Shown: positions 36,775-45,295 of the stretch, in pieces
Layout of the letters: every line of letters starts with the position of its first letter
Position numbering within the stretch: the first letter of the stretch is position 1
Assembly (NCBI GenBank): GCA_028716245.1
Contig: JAQUQW010000003.1
Span: 20,638-84,637 of the forward strand
Direction of reading: 5' to 3'
DNA from: Candidatus Omnitrophota bacterium
GTDB taxonomy: Bacteria > Omnitrophota > Gorgyraeia > Gygaellales > Profunditerraquicolaceae
Length of the DNA stretch: 64,000 bases
Notes under the pieces: generated by a model
What the model was told of the DNA's origin: nothing
The model's database searches: none
What the model saw: only the letters and a program-made list of their open reading frames with translations
Program-made: the position numbers and the translations under genes

Positions 36775-39700
36775 TCAACTAAAATTCCCAAAACGTTTCC
36801 GCAATTCTTCGATAGCAAATATCGATAGCATAAATAGAAATAATATCACCCAGTCCCCTGAGCTTAAACCCGTAGTATTGAATATCTTCTGAAAAAACGG
36901 CACGTAGATCAAGACGCAGGTAAAAATAAACGAAATGGCAATACTCCAGAAAATACGCATATTACTGAAAAACCCGATCCTAAATGTTGAATATTTTTCG
37001 CTGCGGCAATTAAAAACATTGGCGATTTGCATCACGACAATACCAACAAAAAGAATGGTCATTGCCTTCAGATGCAGCGGATTAGTAAAGGTAGTGTCAT
37101 TTGGCTCAAGCTGCATTCCGGGTTTCCATCCTCCCTGAAAAAGTATAAGATAATAGGAACCTAAGGTTGCCGCCGTGCTCAACAGCCCCAAAATGATATA
37201 ACCTCTAAAGAGCACCATTTTATCAATCACTCCTTTATTCTTAGGCCTTGGCGGAAGGTTCATTATCCCCGGCTCGGGTTTCTCCGCGCCTAAGGCCAAG
37301 GCGGGAAAAATCTCCGTGCCCAAATCAATAGCTAAAATCTGCAGTACGGCAATCGGCACGGGAATCTTAAATAAAACATAGAATATAAAAGGTATCCCCT
37401 CGGGTACAAGGTGGGCGAAGATATAGGTAATAAATTTCTTGATATTATCGAATACCGCCCGGCCCTCTTCAATAGCCGAAACGATACTGGCAAAATTATC
37501 GTCGAGCAGAACCATCTCGGCGGATTCTTTGGCCACGTCAGTCCCGCGCAGCCCCATCGCCACGCCAATATCGGAACGCTTAAGGGCAGGGGCATCGTTG
37601 ACGCCGTCTCCGGTCACCGCCACGATATTACCCATCTCCTTAAAAGTATTTACCACCCTTAATTTATGCTCGGGATTTGCCCTGGCAAAAATAATTTCTT
37701 TGCTGCCAACCTTCTCCTTTAATTGCTCATCGCTCATATGAATCAAATCTGTTCCGTTAATAACTTCGTAATTTTGCGAAGACACAATCCCTACCTGCCT
37801 GGCGATAGATAGGGCGGTTACCTGATAATCACCGGTAATCATCACCACGCGAATTCCGGCTTTTTTGCAAATCCCGACAGCATCTTTTACTTCCGGCCGG
37901 GGTGGATCATACATACCCGTGGCTCCGACAAAAACCAACTCTTTTTCAACCGACTGCGCCGTCGCCCCGGAAATATCCTTGGGATTAATTTTACAAAATG
38001 CAAAACCCAAAACCCTTAAACCTTCTTCGGCAAACCTCTCTACAGAAGCGGATATTTCCGATTTCTTCTCTACAGTCAAATCCGCGATATCGTTTCCAAG
38101 CATAACCTTATTACAAAGCTCCAGGATCTCTTTAGGAGAGCCCTTAACCAACGCATAAGTATCTCCATCGGGAAGAGTATGGATAGAGCTCATTCTCTTA
38201 CGTATCGATTCAAATGGAAAACGTTTTAGTACCGGATATTTTAGGCGCTCTTGGTCGGCGTCATAACCGGCTTTTCGCATTAAGGTCAATAATGCGGCTT
38301 CCGTCGGATCGCCAATAATACTCCAATACGTTATCGTCTCTGAGGGAGAATTTAGCTTTGCGGTATTGCATAATGCGCAAATATGCATCAGCTGATCAAA
38401 AGCAGCGCTCCGAAGAACATTTTTTAAAAGAACGCTGCCCTTACAAGTAAATTCTCCTGCCGGTTCATATCCGCTTCCGGAGGCTTCGATAACCTTATCA
38501 TCGATCCAAATTTTCCGGACACTCATTTGATTGGTTGTCAGCGTGCCGGTTTTATCCGTGCAAATAACGTTGGTACAACCCAACGTTTCTACTGAAGAAA
38601 GTTTTTTGATCAGGGCTTTCCGCTTAGCCATCCGCTGCACGGCCATGGCCAAGGCAAGGGTCAAAGTAGGCATGAGCCCCTGAGGAACATTGGCCGTAAT
38701 AATACCTATCGCAAACATTCCCGAAGCAAAAACCGTCAATTTAGTAAAAAATAAACCCGCAAAGAAAAAAACCAAACCCATAGCTACCGATATAAATGAA
38801 ATCAATTTGCCGATGCGATTGACCTCTCTTTGCAGCGGGCTGAGATCTTCTTTGACCGTCTGCGTCAGGTAGGCGATTTTACCAATCTCGGTCCCCATAC
38901 CCGTGGCAATGACCACCGCTTTTCCCATGCCTGAGGCAACGCTGGTTCCGGCAAAAACCAAATTAGGCATTTCCAGCCACAGAAAATCCTTTCCGTCATG
39001 AAATTCCTCTGAAAATTTATAGGCCAGCTTGGATTCTCCGGAGAAGGCGCTATTGTTCAAGCGTAATTCGGCAGCTTCGATCAACCTGGCATCCGCGGGG
39101 ACGTTATCTCCTTCCTCCAGCATAATGATATCTCCCGGGACAATCTCGCTTGTAGGCACGAGCTTCTCCTTGCCCTCCCTGATTAGACGGGCATTAGATG
39201 GAATCAGTTTGGAAAGCGCCTCAATCGCCTTCTCCGCTTTAAACTCCTGCCAAAAACTAAATATCGCGTTAATAAAGACTACGGCAATGCAGGCCCAACC
39301 TGCCTCCGGCATCTGCGCCCAAAAACAAAGGGCGCCGCAAATCCACATCATCACCGCCAGTAAATTAGTAAGATGGAGCGAGAACCTTATAATCAAGGGG
39401 GTTTTTTTAACGGCTTTCAATTTATTGGTTCCATATACCTCCAGCCGTTTTCCCGCGGAAACTTCAGAGATACCGTTATCGCTGCTTGCCAATTCAAGAT
39501 AAATCTCCTCTTTGCTTAAAGCGATAAAACCTTCTTTCTCGATTCCTCCATACTTTAAGGCCCGATAGAGCTCCTCGTTGGTTGAGCAGTTCAGGATCTG
39601 CCGGACAAATACTTTATTATCCAAGAGTACGGCCAGCTTCGATAAAATTTTAAGATGCATTTCGCTTTCTACCAGCGGAGTCAGAAAAAACATAACCAAA

Positions 39701-40029
39701 TGCACCGGCTTCTTGTCAATGGAAGAAAAATCTATTCCTTCCCTTGAGATGCCAACAAATATCAATCCCTCTTTTAGTTCAGCTATTCTAGCATGGGGGA
39801 TAGCTATGCCATCCCCGATTCCGGTACTGCCAAGCTTTTCCCTTTTGAGAAGGCTTTCTAAAACACGTTTTTTGTCTTTAATTTTGCGGCTTTTATAAAG
39901 CTGGTCGACAATCTCCCGGATTACACCTTCACTTGTACGGGATTTCAAGTTTACGCTTAATAGATCCTTATATACCAAATCCGCGATTTTCACTTCTTGC
40001 TCTCCTTTTATACCAGCGTTCTCATACAA
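36775..40029 (-). CDS. P-type cation-transporting ATPase with N-terminal PTS EIIA(Ntr)-like domain
   Basis: N-terminal ~150 aa: ...GIGDGIAIPHARI... (EIIA type-2 active-site His). Remainder: DKTGTLT phosphorylation motif, TGDGVNDAPAL, 8-10 TM. TTG start. Confidence 0.85.
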   Translation of the reverse strand: MYENAGIKGEQEVKIADLVYKDLLSVNLKSRTSEGVIREIVDQLYKSRKIKDKKRVLESLLKREKLGSTGIGDGIAIPHARIAELKEGLIFVGISREGIDFSSIDKKPVHLVMFFLTPLVESEMHLKILSKLAVLLDNKVFVRQILNCSTNEELYRALKYGGIEKEGFIALSKEEIYLELASSDNGISEVSAGKRLEVYGTNKLKAVKKTPLIIRFSLHLTNLLAVMMWICGALCFWAQMPEAGWACIAVVFINAIFSFWQEFKAEKAIEALSKLIPSNARLIREGKEKLVPTSEIVPGDIIMLEEGDNVPADARLIEAAELRLNNSAFSGESKLAYKFSEEFHDGKDFLWLEMPNLVFAGTSVASGMGKAVVIATGMGTEIGKIAYLTQTVKEDLSPLQREVNRIGKLISFISVAMGLVFFFAGLFFTKLTVFASGMFAIGIITANVPQGLMPTLTLALAMAVQRMAKRKALIKKLSSVETLGCTNVICTDKTGTLTTNQMSVRKIWIDDKVIEASGSGYEPAGEFTCKGSVLLKNVLRSAAFDQLMHICALCNTAKLNSPSETITYWSIIGDPTEAALLTLMRKAGYDADQERLKYPVLKRFPFESIRKRMSSIHTLPDGDTYALVKGSPKEILELCNKVMLGNDIADLTVEKKSEISASVERFAEEGLRVLGFAFCKINPKDISGATAQSVEKELVFVGATGMYDPPRPEVKDAVGICKKAGIRVVMITGDYQVTALSIARQVGIVSSQNYEVINGTDLIHMSDEQLKEKVGSKEIIFARANPEHKLRVVNTFKEMGNIVAVTGDGVNDAPALKRSDIGVAMGLRGTDVAKESAEMVLLDDNFASIVSAIEEGRAVFDNIKKFITYIFAHLVPEGIPFIFYVLFKIPVPIAVLQILAIDLGTEIFPALALGAEKPEPGIMNLPPRPKNKGVIDKMVLFRGYIILGLLSTAATLGSYYLILFQGGWKPGMQLEPNDTTFTNPLHLKAMTILFVGIVVMQIANVFNCRSEKYSTFRIGFFSNMRIFWSIAISFIFTCVLIYVPFFQKIFNTTGLSSGDWVILFLFMLSIFAIEELRKRFGNFS

Positions 40030-40067
40030 ATAAAAAACCAGAGAACGCTTTCCCTGGCATGTTCTCT
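40030..40067 (-). terminator. leader terminator hairpin (AGAGAAC-N14-GUUCUCU + U6) immediately upstream of ATPase start; overlaps alternative antiterminator
   Basis: Plus-strand 40040..40046 / 40061..40067 inverted repeat; U-run from 40039..40030 on minus strand; 3' arm AGCGUUCUC is also exactly complementary to codons 3-5 (GAGAACGCU). Confidence 0.4.
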
Positions 40068-40233
40068 CAAAATTGGCTTACGAGGTTAGCTGTCGGGCTC
40101 GGGTCGAGTAACCCTAATCTGATATTTCCAGATATTGGCCCCAAGATCATTTTAGTCGATCGGATTCTTGGATTCCCCGCTATCTTTTTAGATTCACATA
40201 CAAGTCTAAAAAAAGATTAAGCTTATTAAAATA

Positions 40234-40261
40234 AATATACCGCAAAAAATACCTTTGTCAA
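40234..40261 (-). promoter_or_regulatory. putative sigma70 promoter (-35 TTGACA, 16-nt spacer, -10 TATATT) driving ~200-nt leader of ATPase gene
   Basis: Read from minus strand: gcTTGACAaaggtattttttgcggTATATTtattt. Confidence 0.35.
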
Positions 40262-40299
40262 GCTCAAAACTTCTCTAATTTATTTAATAATGAATAAAA

Positions 40300-40479
40300 T
40301 TAATCTATGTTCAATGTTTCCCTGACTAATCTGGCATAAACTTTATTAATGTGCTTAGTCCTGAACCATCTTTCTATAGTAGTTACTTGGAGGTCGAGTT
40401 TCTTAGATAGATCGTAAAGAGTATACTTTCTTTCTTCTTTAAACTGTAAAAGTTTGCTAATTAATTCCGTATCCAACAT
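40300..40479 (-). CDS. small HTH protein (59 aa), paralog of 35709..35888; below ORF-track length cut-off
   Basis: Own translation: MLDTELISKLLQFKEERKYTLYDLSKKLDLQVTTIERWFRTKHINKVYARLVRETLNID; GGAGGA SD 7 nt upstream; precedes glnB-like gene. Confidence 0.5.
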   Translation of the reverse strand: MLDTELISKLLQFKEERKYTLYDLSKKLDLQVTTIERWFRTKHINKVYARLVRETLNID

Positions 40480-40495
40480 CTAGAAATTCCTCCGG

Positions 40496-40834
40496 CTATA
40501 CCGCGTCCTCTCCTTTTTCATCGGTGCGGATTCTGATTGCGTTATCTGCCGGATAAACAAATATTTTACCATCCCCCACCTTCCCGGTAAAAGCAGCTTC
40601 GCGCATAGCTTTGATTGTCTTATCCAAATCCCGGTCATTGACCACAACCTCAAGTTTTGCCTTGCTCAGTAATTCTGTTTTATAGGTTTTGCCGCGGAAT
40701 TCCTGCTCTATGCCTTTTTGTTTGCCGTGCCCTTCGATTTCAGTAATCATAATCCCCGGATGTCCAACCTTCTCCAGGGCAGCGCACACATCGCCGACTT
40801 TTGCGGGACGAATTATAGCTTCTATCTTTTTCAT
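40496..40834 (-). CDS. P-II family nitrogen regulatory protein (third; Phe at T-loop position 51)
   Basis: 112 aa; ...GHGKQKGIEQEFRGKTY... T-loop with F instead of Y. Confidence 0.85.
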   Translation of the reverse strand: MKKIEAIIRPAKVGDVCAALEKVGHPGIMITEIEGHGKQKGIEQEFRGKTYKTELLSKAKLEVVVNDRDLDKTIKAMREAAFTGKVGDGKIFVYPADNAIRIRTDEKGEDAV

Positions 40835-40902
40835 AGTCTCACCCCTTTATTAGGAATCGATATCTGTCTAAAAAATGACTGCTAAACTCAAAAAGAGCGT
40901 TT

Positions 40903-42225
40903 CTAAAAAGTAAACAAGATGTCCCCGCCTAACATCAACTGACCTTTATCCTTGTTGTCAAAGACCTTGCGGTTAGCCCAGTCATAGCGGACTTCCGGCC
41001 TTAGCAGCAAATTAGATAAAATCTTGTCTTTTGGAAACGGCTTGATAGCCACGCCCACTGTGGACTCGTAGTAATTGGCACCGGTGGATGCGCCAGTAGC
41101 AAAACCATTGGATGAATCGTTGTACCATTCCAACCGCCCATTAAGCGTGAAGTGTGGATCGAAAGCATAGCTTACATAGCCATCCACGGCTCCCCATTGC
41201 TTGGTGCCATTTTTTAAGCCGGGGATCTGCGGAGCGTCAACATAGTCAAGGCCTGTACCCAGGCTCAATTTGTCGGTTACCTTCTGTGTTACCACCAAAT
41301 CCAACGCAGTCCACCAATGTTTGTTGTCGCCAGCAGGTAAATTACTTCCTACAGCTATAGGGTATTCCGGACCTTCAGTCATAACGAAAATAACGCAAGT
41401 CTTATCGCTAGGCGTATAGGTAACGCGGCCCAAGAAGTCAGAAGTACCATTAGAATCCCGCGTTGACTGGTTCCAACCCCGTGTAAGGCCGGCGTCAAAG
41501 GTCCATTGAGGATTCAATATATAGGTAGCAAAGGCCCCTGTCTGCGTACCCGGCTCCGCATAGAGGAACGAGTAGCTATAGGAATATAGTGCCCTGGATG
41601 GATCTCCGAATGCGCCATATATGTTGGCGTCGAATTGCTCAAAACCGGCAAGTTCAATCCATTTTCCGACGCGAATTTTCATAGGCACATAAGGCAGCGC
41701 TACGTCTACGTATGCTTCCAGAGGATCCCATTGGTAGCGTCCGGTCTGCGTAGCAACAAGGCCGTTTGAATGTATCCATTTTGAATCAAAACCCCAGATA
41801 GTCTTCGAACGAAAACCCCAGTCAAGCTGTCTCTTAGAAGGATCTACTGTCCGCTCAATAGTTAAACCAATCTTGTCAAGAAGCGGGGTGTTCTTTAAGT
41901 TATTGAATCCCATAAAGGTCTGGCCCTTTTTTGGTACTGTACTATCGTACATGTAACCGGCTTGGCTGTAGCCATAGATGTTAATCCCAAGTTTGCTCAA
42001 AGGGTTAGCCAGTCCTGCCTTGTCCAAAATACTCATCAATGGCGCAAGCGAAGGTGTAGCCGCTGGCGCAGGTGTGGCCGCAGGCGCAGCTGCTGGTGCC
42101 ATATTGCCGGCATCCTCCGCCAAAACAGAAGGAATATTTACTCCAAGAAAACATAATCCCAAAAATATTACTACCATACTACCGCTTACGATACCTTTAA
42201 ATATACTCCCAAACTTCTCCATCAT
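40903..42225 (-). CDS. putative outer-membrane beta-barrel porin
   Basis: Signal peptide, Ala/Pro-rich linker, alternating amphipathic strands, C-terminal ...ILFTF. Confidence 0.45.
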   Translation of the reverse strand: MMEKFGSIFKGIVSGSMVVIFLGLCFLGVNIPSVLAEDAGNMAPAAAPAATPAPAATPSLAPLMSILDKAGLANPLSKLGINIYGYSQAGYMYDSTVPKKGQTFMGFNNLKNTPLLDKIGLTIERTVDPSKRQLDWGFRSKTIWGFDSKWIHSNGLVATQTGRYQWDPLEAYVDVALPYVPMKIRVGKWIELAGFEQFDANIYGAFGDPSRALYSYSYSFLYAEPGTQTGAFATYILNPQWTFDAGLTRGWNQSTRDSNGTSDFLGRVTYTPSDKTCVIFVMTEGPEYPIAVGSNLPAGDNKHWWTALDLVVTQKVTDKLSLGTGLDYVDAPQIPGLKNGTKQWGAVDGYVSYAFDPHFTLNGRLEWYNDSSNGFATGASTGANYYESTVGVAIKPFPKDKILSNLLLRPEVRYDWANRKVFDNKDKGQLMLGGDILFTF

Positions 42226-42239
42226 TTTTCTCCTTCCTC

Positions 42240-42560
42240 TTAAACAACTGCCTTATCCATTTTTTCTTTTGTACGTATACGAATGCAGTTATCCAATGGC
42301 ATTACAGCGACTTTGCCGTCACCGGCATGGCCGGAAAAACATTCTTTTAAGATTACGGCCAGAATTTCATTTACCTGAGAATCAAGGGCATAAACCTCGA
42401 TCTTGGTTTTATGCACAAAAAGGAAACTTTCCGGCCTTATGCTCTGGATGCCAAAACCACGCACTTCACTTACTGTCATTCCCCCTATCCCGGCTCCCAG
42501 CAGCGCCTCAGTCAGCTCTTTTAGTTTTTCCGAACGGATAATGCATTCTATCTTCTTCAT
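42240..42560 (-). CDS. divergent P-II-like protein (fourth)
   Basis: 106 aa; P-II fold pattern MKKIECIIRSEKL...GDGKVAVMPLDNCIRIRT with atypical T-loop. Confidence 0.6.
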   Translation of the reverse strand: MKKIECIIRSEKLKELTEALLGAGIGGMTVSEVRGFGIQSIRPESFLFVHKTKIEVYALDSQVNEILAVILKECFSGHAGDGKVAVMPLDNCIRIRTKEKMDKAVV

Positions 42561-42584
42561 GATTTCACGCTACATTTATGTTGT

Positions 42585-44453
42585 CTATATTGCCCAAACC
42601 CCTTGTTCTCCTGTTCGGATACGCATAGCTTCCGATGCATCGGTCACGAAGATCTTACCGTCACCGACATTACCGGTACAGGCGGCCTCCTTTATAATAT
42701 CCATTATTTGAGGAACATCCCATTCTTTAACTACGACATCAATCCTAATCTTGGGGATAAAACTAATTTTATCACTTTCCGGCTCTCCATCAAGGTGTCC
42801 TTTTTGCCTGCCGAACCCCTTTACTTTTGTAACAGTCATGCCTAGAATACAGTCGTCCTCTTTAAGGGCCTGCACCACAATATTCAACTGTTCCGGACGG
42901 ATCATGCCAGATACCATTTTTAAGCGGTATGTTTTTCGCACGGTAGTTACTGCAACATAGATAATACTTATCAGAGCCCATCCTCCGGCGAACATAAAGC
43001 AAATCTTTGCTTCTGACTTGGCATCGGCATTACCAATAATATATAGGTAAAGGATACCTATGGTCATAACAACATTGGCAATGACGCCTGCCACAGGAAT
43101 AATACCATGCTTTAAAAGATTAAAATCTTCCCTGCCCTTGAATGCCACAATAGTCCATACACAGGTCAGGCCATAAAGTATGAATGTTCCTAGGTTTGAA
43201 GCAAGAGTAATACCCGTTAGCCCGACTACTGACCGAACGCCAATAGCCCCGACTACTGAAGTAATCAGGATCAAGGTTGCAAGGGAAACATGTGGGGTAA
43301 TATACTTAGTATGTATAAAACCTAGCGAGGAAGGCAGCTCTCTGTCCTCTGCCATACCAGCACTCACACGCATTGCCGTATTCATACAGCTTAAGGTTGT
43401 TCCGATTACCGCAATGGCTACAGTAATTGCCATAGTAATCATTAAACCAAATCCCAAGCCATGGAACAGAGAATCTCCGATCAACTTGGCTAGGTCTCCG
43501 ATTGGAGCGCCTGATGCCGCGGCAGCAGCCATACCGGTTACCGTGGTGGTACCAGTAGTATTGACTAACTTCTCACTAATCATAAAGCTTGCGCCGAAAT
43601 ACTCAAACAGATAAGCAAACAACCCCTGGACAATAAGAGAAATGATAATCGCCTTAGGAATTGTTGATTGAGGGTTTTTTGTTTCAGCTGCTAAAGCTGT
43701 GCAGCTTTCAAAACCAACCAGGATTAAAATAGCTATGGTCGACTGAACCAAAATACCCTGCAAGGAATGTATCCTAATAATATCCACACCTCCGCTAAAA
43801 ACCCATTGCGCTGCGTGTTGGGGATTAGCAATACGGTACCAGATGGCTAAGGCGGTAAAGATAATTAAGGTAATCCATTGGATAACATTGATCCAGATTG
43901 CTACCACCGTTGAGCCTGTCACTCCCCGGTAGGCTATATAGCCGGTAACAACTGTAAATGCAATACCGATAACAGTCATATTCATTATCGATAAAGTATG
44001 CCCGGTAAACTGTGTATAAATATAACCGATAAGAGTCGCCATCATCGCGACCATAACTCCCGGATAAACCCAATAGAAAAGATGCGCTGCCCAACCAGTA
44101 ACAAGCTTAGCTATGCGGGCCATTGAAGTGGGGCCGCTGACTTTCTCCTTGCGAGCGTCCAAGAAAGCCTTTTCCGCAAAGTAGGTGCAGCTGGCAAAAC
44201 CCGCCTCAGGATAAATTTTTGCAAGTTCCGAATAGGATAGGGCTGTCAAAAAACATACGGTCAGAGCAAGCGCAATACCTGCCCAGATATCGCTTGCAAC
44301 AGATGCCCCGCTTGGCGCACTAGCAGCGGCTTGCAGCTGATAGGTAATCCACAAAAATGCCCCTGGGGCAATCAAGGCCATCGCGTTCATCGCCGCACCT
44401 AATAACCCCAGCTTAGGTTTTACTAGAGATAAGTCATTTTGATTTTGTGCCAT
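42585..44453 (-). CDS. APC-superfamily transporter with C-terminal P-II domain
   Basis: ~500 aa 12-TM permease then ...MIRPEQLNIVVQALKEDDCILGMTVTKVKGFGRQKGH...GDGKIFVTDASEAMRIRTGEQG (P-II fold). Confidence 0.7.
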   Translation of the reverse strand: MAQNQNDLSLVKPKLGLLGAAMNAMALIAPGAFLWITYQLQAAASAPSGASVASDIWAGIALALTVCFLTALSYSELAKIYPEAGFASCTYFAEKAFLDARKEKVSGPTSMARIAKLVTGWAAHLFYWVYPGVMVAMMATLIGYIYTQFTGHTLSIMNMTVIGIAFTVVTGYIAYRGVTGSTVVAIWINVIQWITLIIFTALAIWYRIANPQHAAQWVFSGGVDIIRIHSLQGILVQSTIAILILVGFESCTALAAETKNPQSTIPKAIIISLIVQGLFAYLFEYFGASFMISEKLVNTTGTTTVTGMAAAAASGAPIGDLAKLIGDSLFHGLGFGLMITMAITVAIAVIGTTLSCMNTAMRVSAGMAEDRELPSSLGFIHTKYITPHVSLATLILITSVVGAIGVRSVVGLTGITLASNLGTFILYGLTCVWTIVAFKGREDFNLLKHGIIPVAGVIANVVMTIGILYLYIIGNADAKSEAKICFMFAGGWALISIIYVAVTTVRKTYRLKMVSGMIRPEQLNIVVQALKEDDCILGMTVTKVKGFGRQKGHLDGEPESDKISFIPKIRIDVVVKEWDVPQIMDIIKEAACTGNVGDGKIFVTDASEAMRIRTGEQGVWAI

Positions 44454-44560
44454 ATTAATCCCCCTTTCACATTTGGTTACACAGTTAGTTGATAAAAATT
44501 AAAAAGCGTCTTTTTTATCCATCTTCGGATTAAAAGACGCCTGCGTCTTAAACAACTGAT

Positions 44561-44610
44561 AAAAAAATAAAAATGGCGTTCCTTATCTTGGAACGCCTGT
44601 GTCTTTTTTA
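44561..44610 (-). terminator. bidirectional rho-independent terminator after dedA
   Basis: GGCGTTCC-ttatctt-GGAACGCC perfect 8-bp stem (44575..44597) flanked by A-run and T-run. Confidence 0.5.
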
Positions 44611-44681
44611 TGCATCACTGCATGCCTTACATTAGTACAAGTAAAAAGATGCTGGCATTGGTAACCTAAATTTTTACTTAG

Positions 44682-45269
44682 CTACTTGATTCTTTTTCTT
44701 GAAGCACTTTTATAAAACGCGTGGCTTGCCTTATAAGCTAAAAATATCAAAACAATACCGCCGGCAACCATAAGCGTAGGCTTGGTAAATTTAGCCAGGC
44801 TAAGGCCAAACATCGCTAAAAGGAATATACGCGGAACCACACCGATTAACGTACAGACCACAAAAGGCACAAAAGGTATTTTTGTAATTCCCGCGGCAAT
44901 GGAAAATACCTTAAAAGGCACCACGGGTAAAACCCTGCCGATGAGAACGCTGTAAACACCATATTTTTTGGCAAATTTTTCCGCTTTCTCGATATGGTGA
45001 GGCTTAATCAAAACAAACTTTCCGTATTTTAAGATTACCGGCATAGCCGCGCATCTACCCAAAAGATAGCCCACCATTGCCCCTAAGGTAGCCCCTAAAG
45101 ATCCAAAAATTGCTATAGAAACTACCGGTATGCCGACTGAACTAGCGCCGATAATAACGACTTCCGAGGGTATGGGCACAACGCTGGATTCCAGGAACAT
45201 CCCGATAAAGACACCGATATCCCCTAATCCATTGATCAAGTTTACCACATGATTTGCGCTATGAATCAT
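44682..45269 (-). CDS. DedA/TVP38 family membrane protein
   Basis: 195 aa; ...FIGMFLESSVVPIPSEVV... DedA core. Confidence 0.75.
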   Translation of the reverse strand: MIHSANHVVNLINGLGDIGVFIGMFLESSVVPIPSEVVIIGASSVGIPVVSIAIFGSLGATLGAMVGYLLGRCAAMPVILKYGKFVLIKPHHIEKAEKFAKKYGVYSVLIGRVLPVVPFKVFSIAAGITKIPFVPFVVCTLIGVVPRIFLLAMFGLSLAKFTKPTLMVAGGIVLIFLAYKASHAFYKSASRKRIK

Positions 45270-45295
45270 AAGATTAGCTTATTTCTTACCTTTTC

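Noticed and set aside
36600-36782. Plus-strand 60-aa ORF
   Set aside because: Overlaps hairpin-element copy 3 and a terminator-like region; no SD; peptide shared with the artefactual extension above.
43825-44094. Minus-strand 89-aa Tyr/Cys-rich ORF inside the APC-P-II gene
   Set aside because: Alternate frame of a supported transporter gene; repetitive composition.
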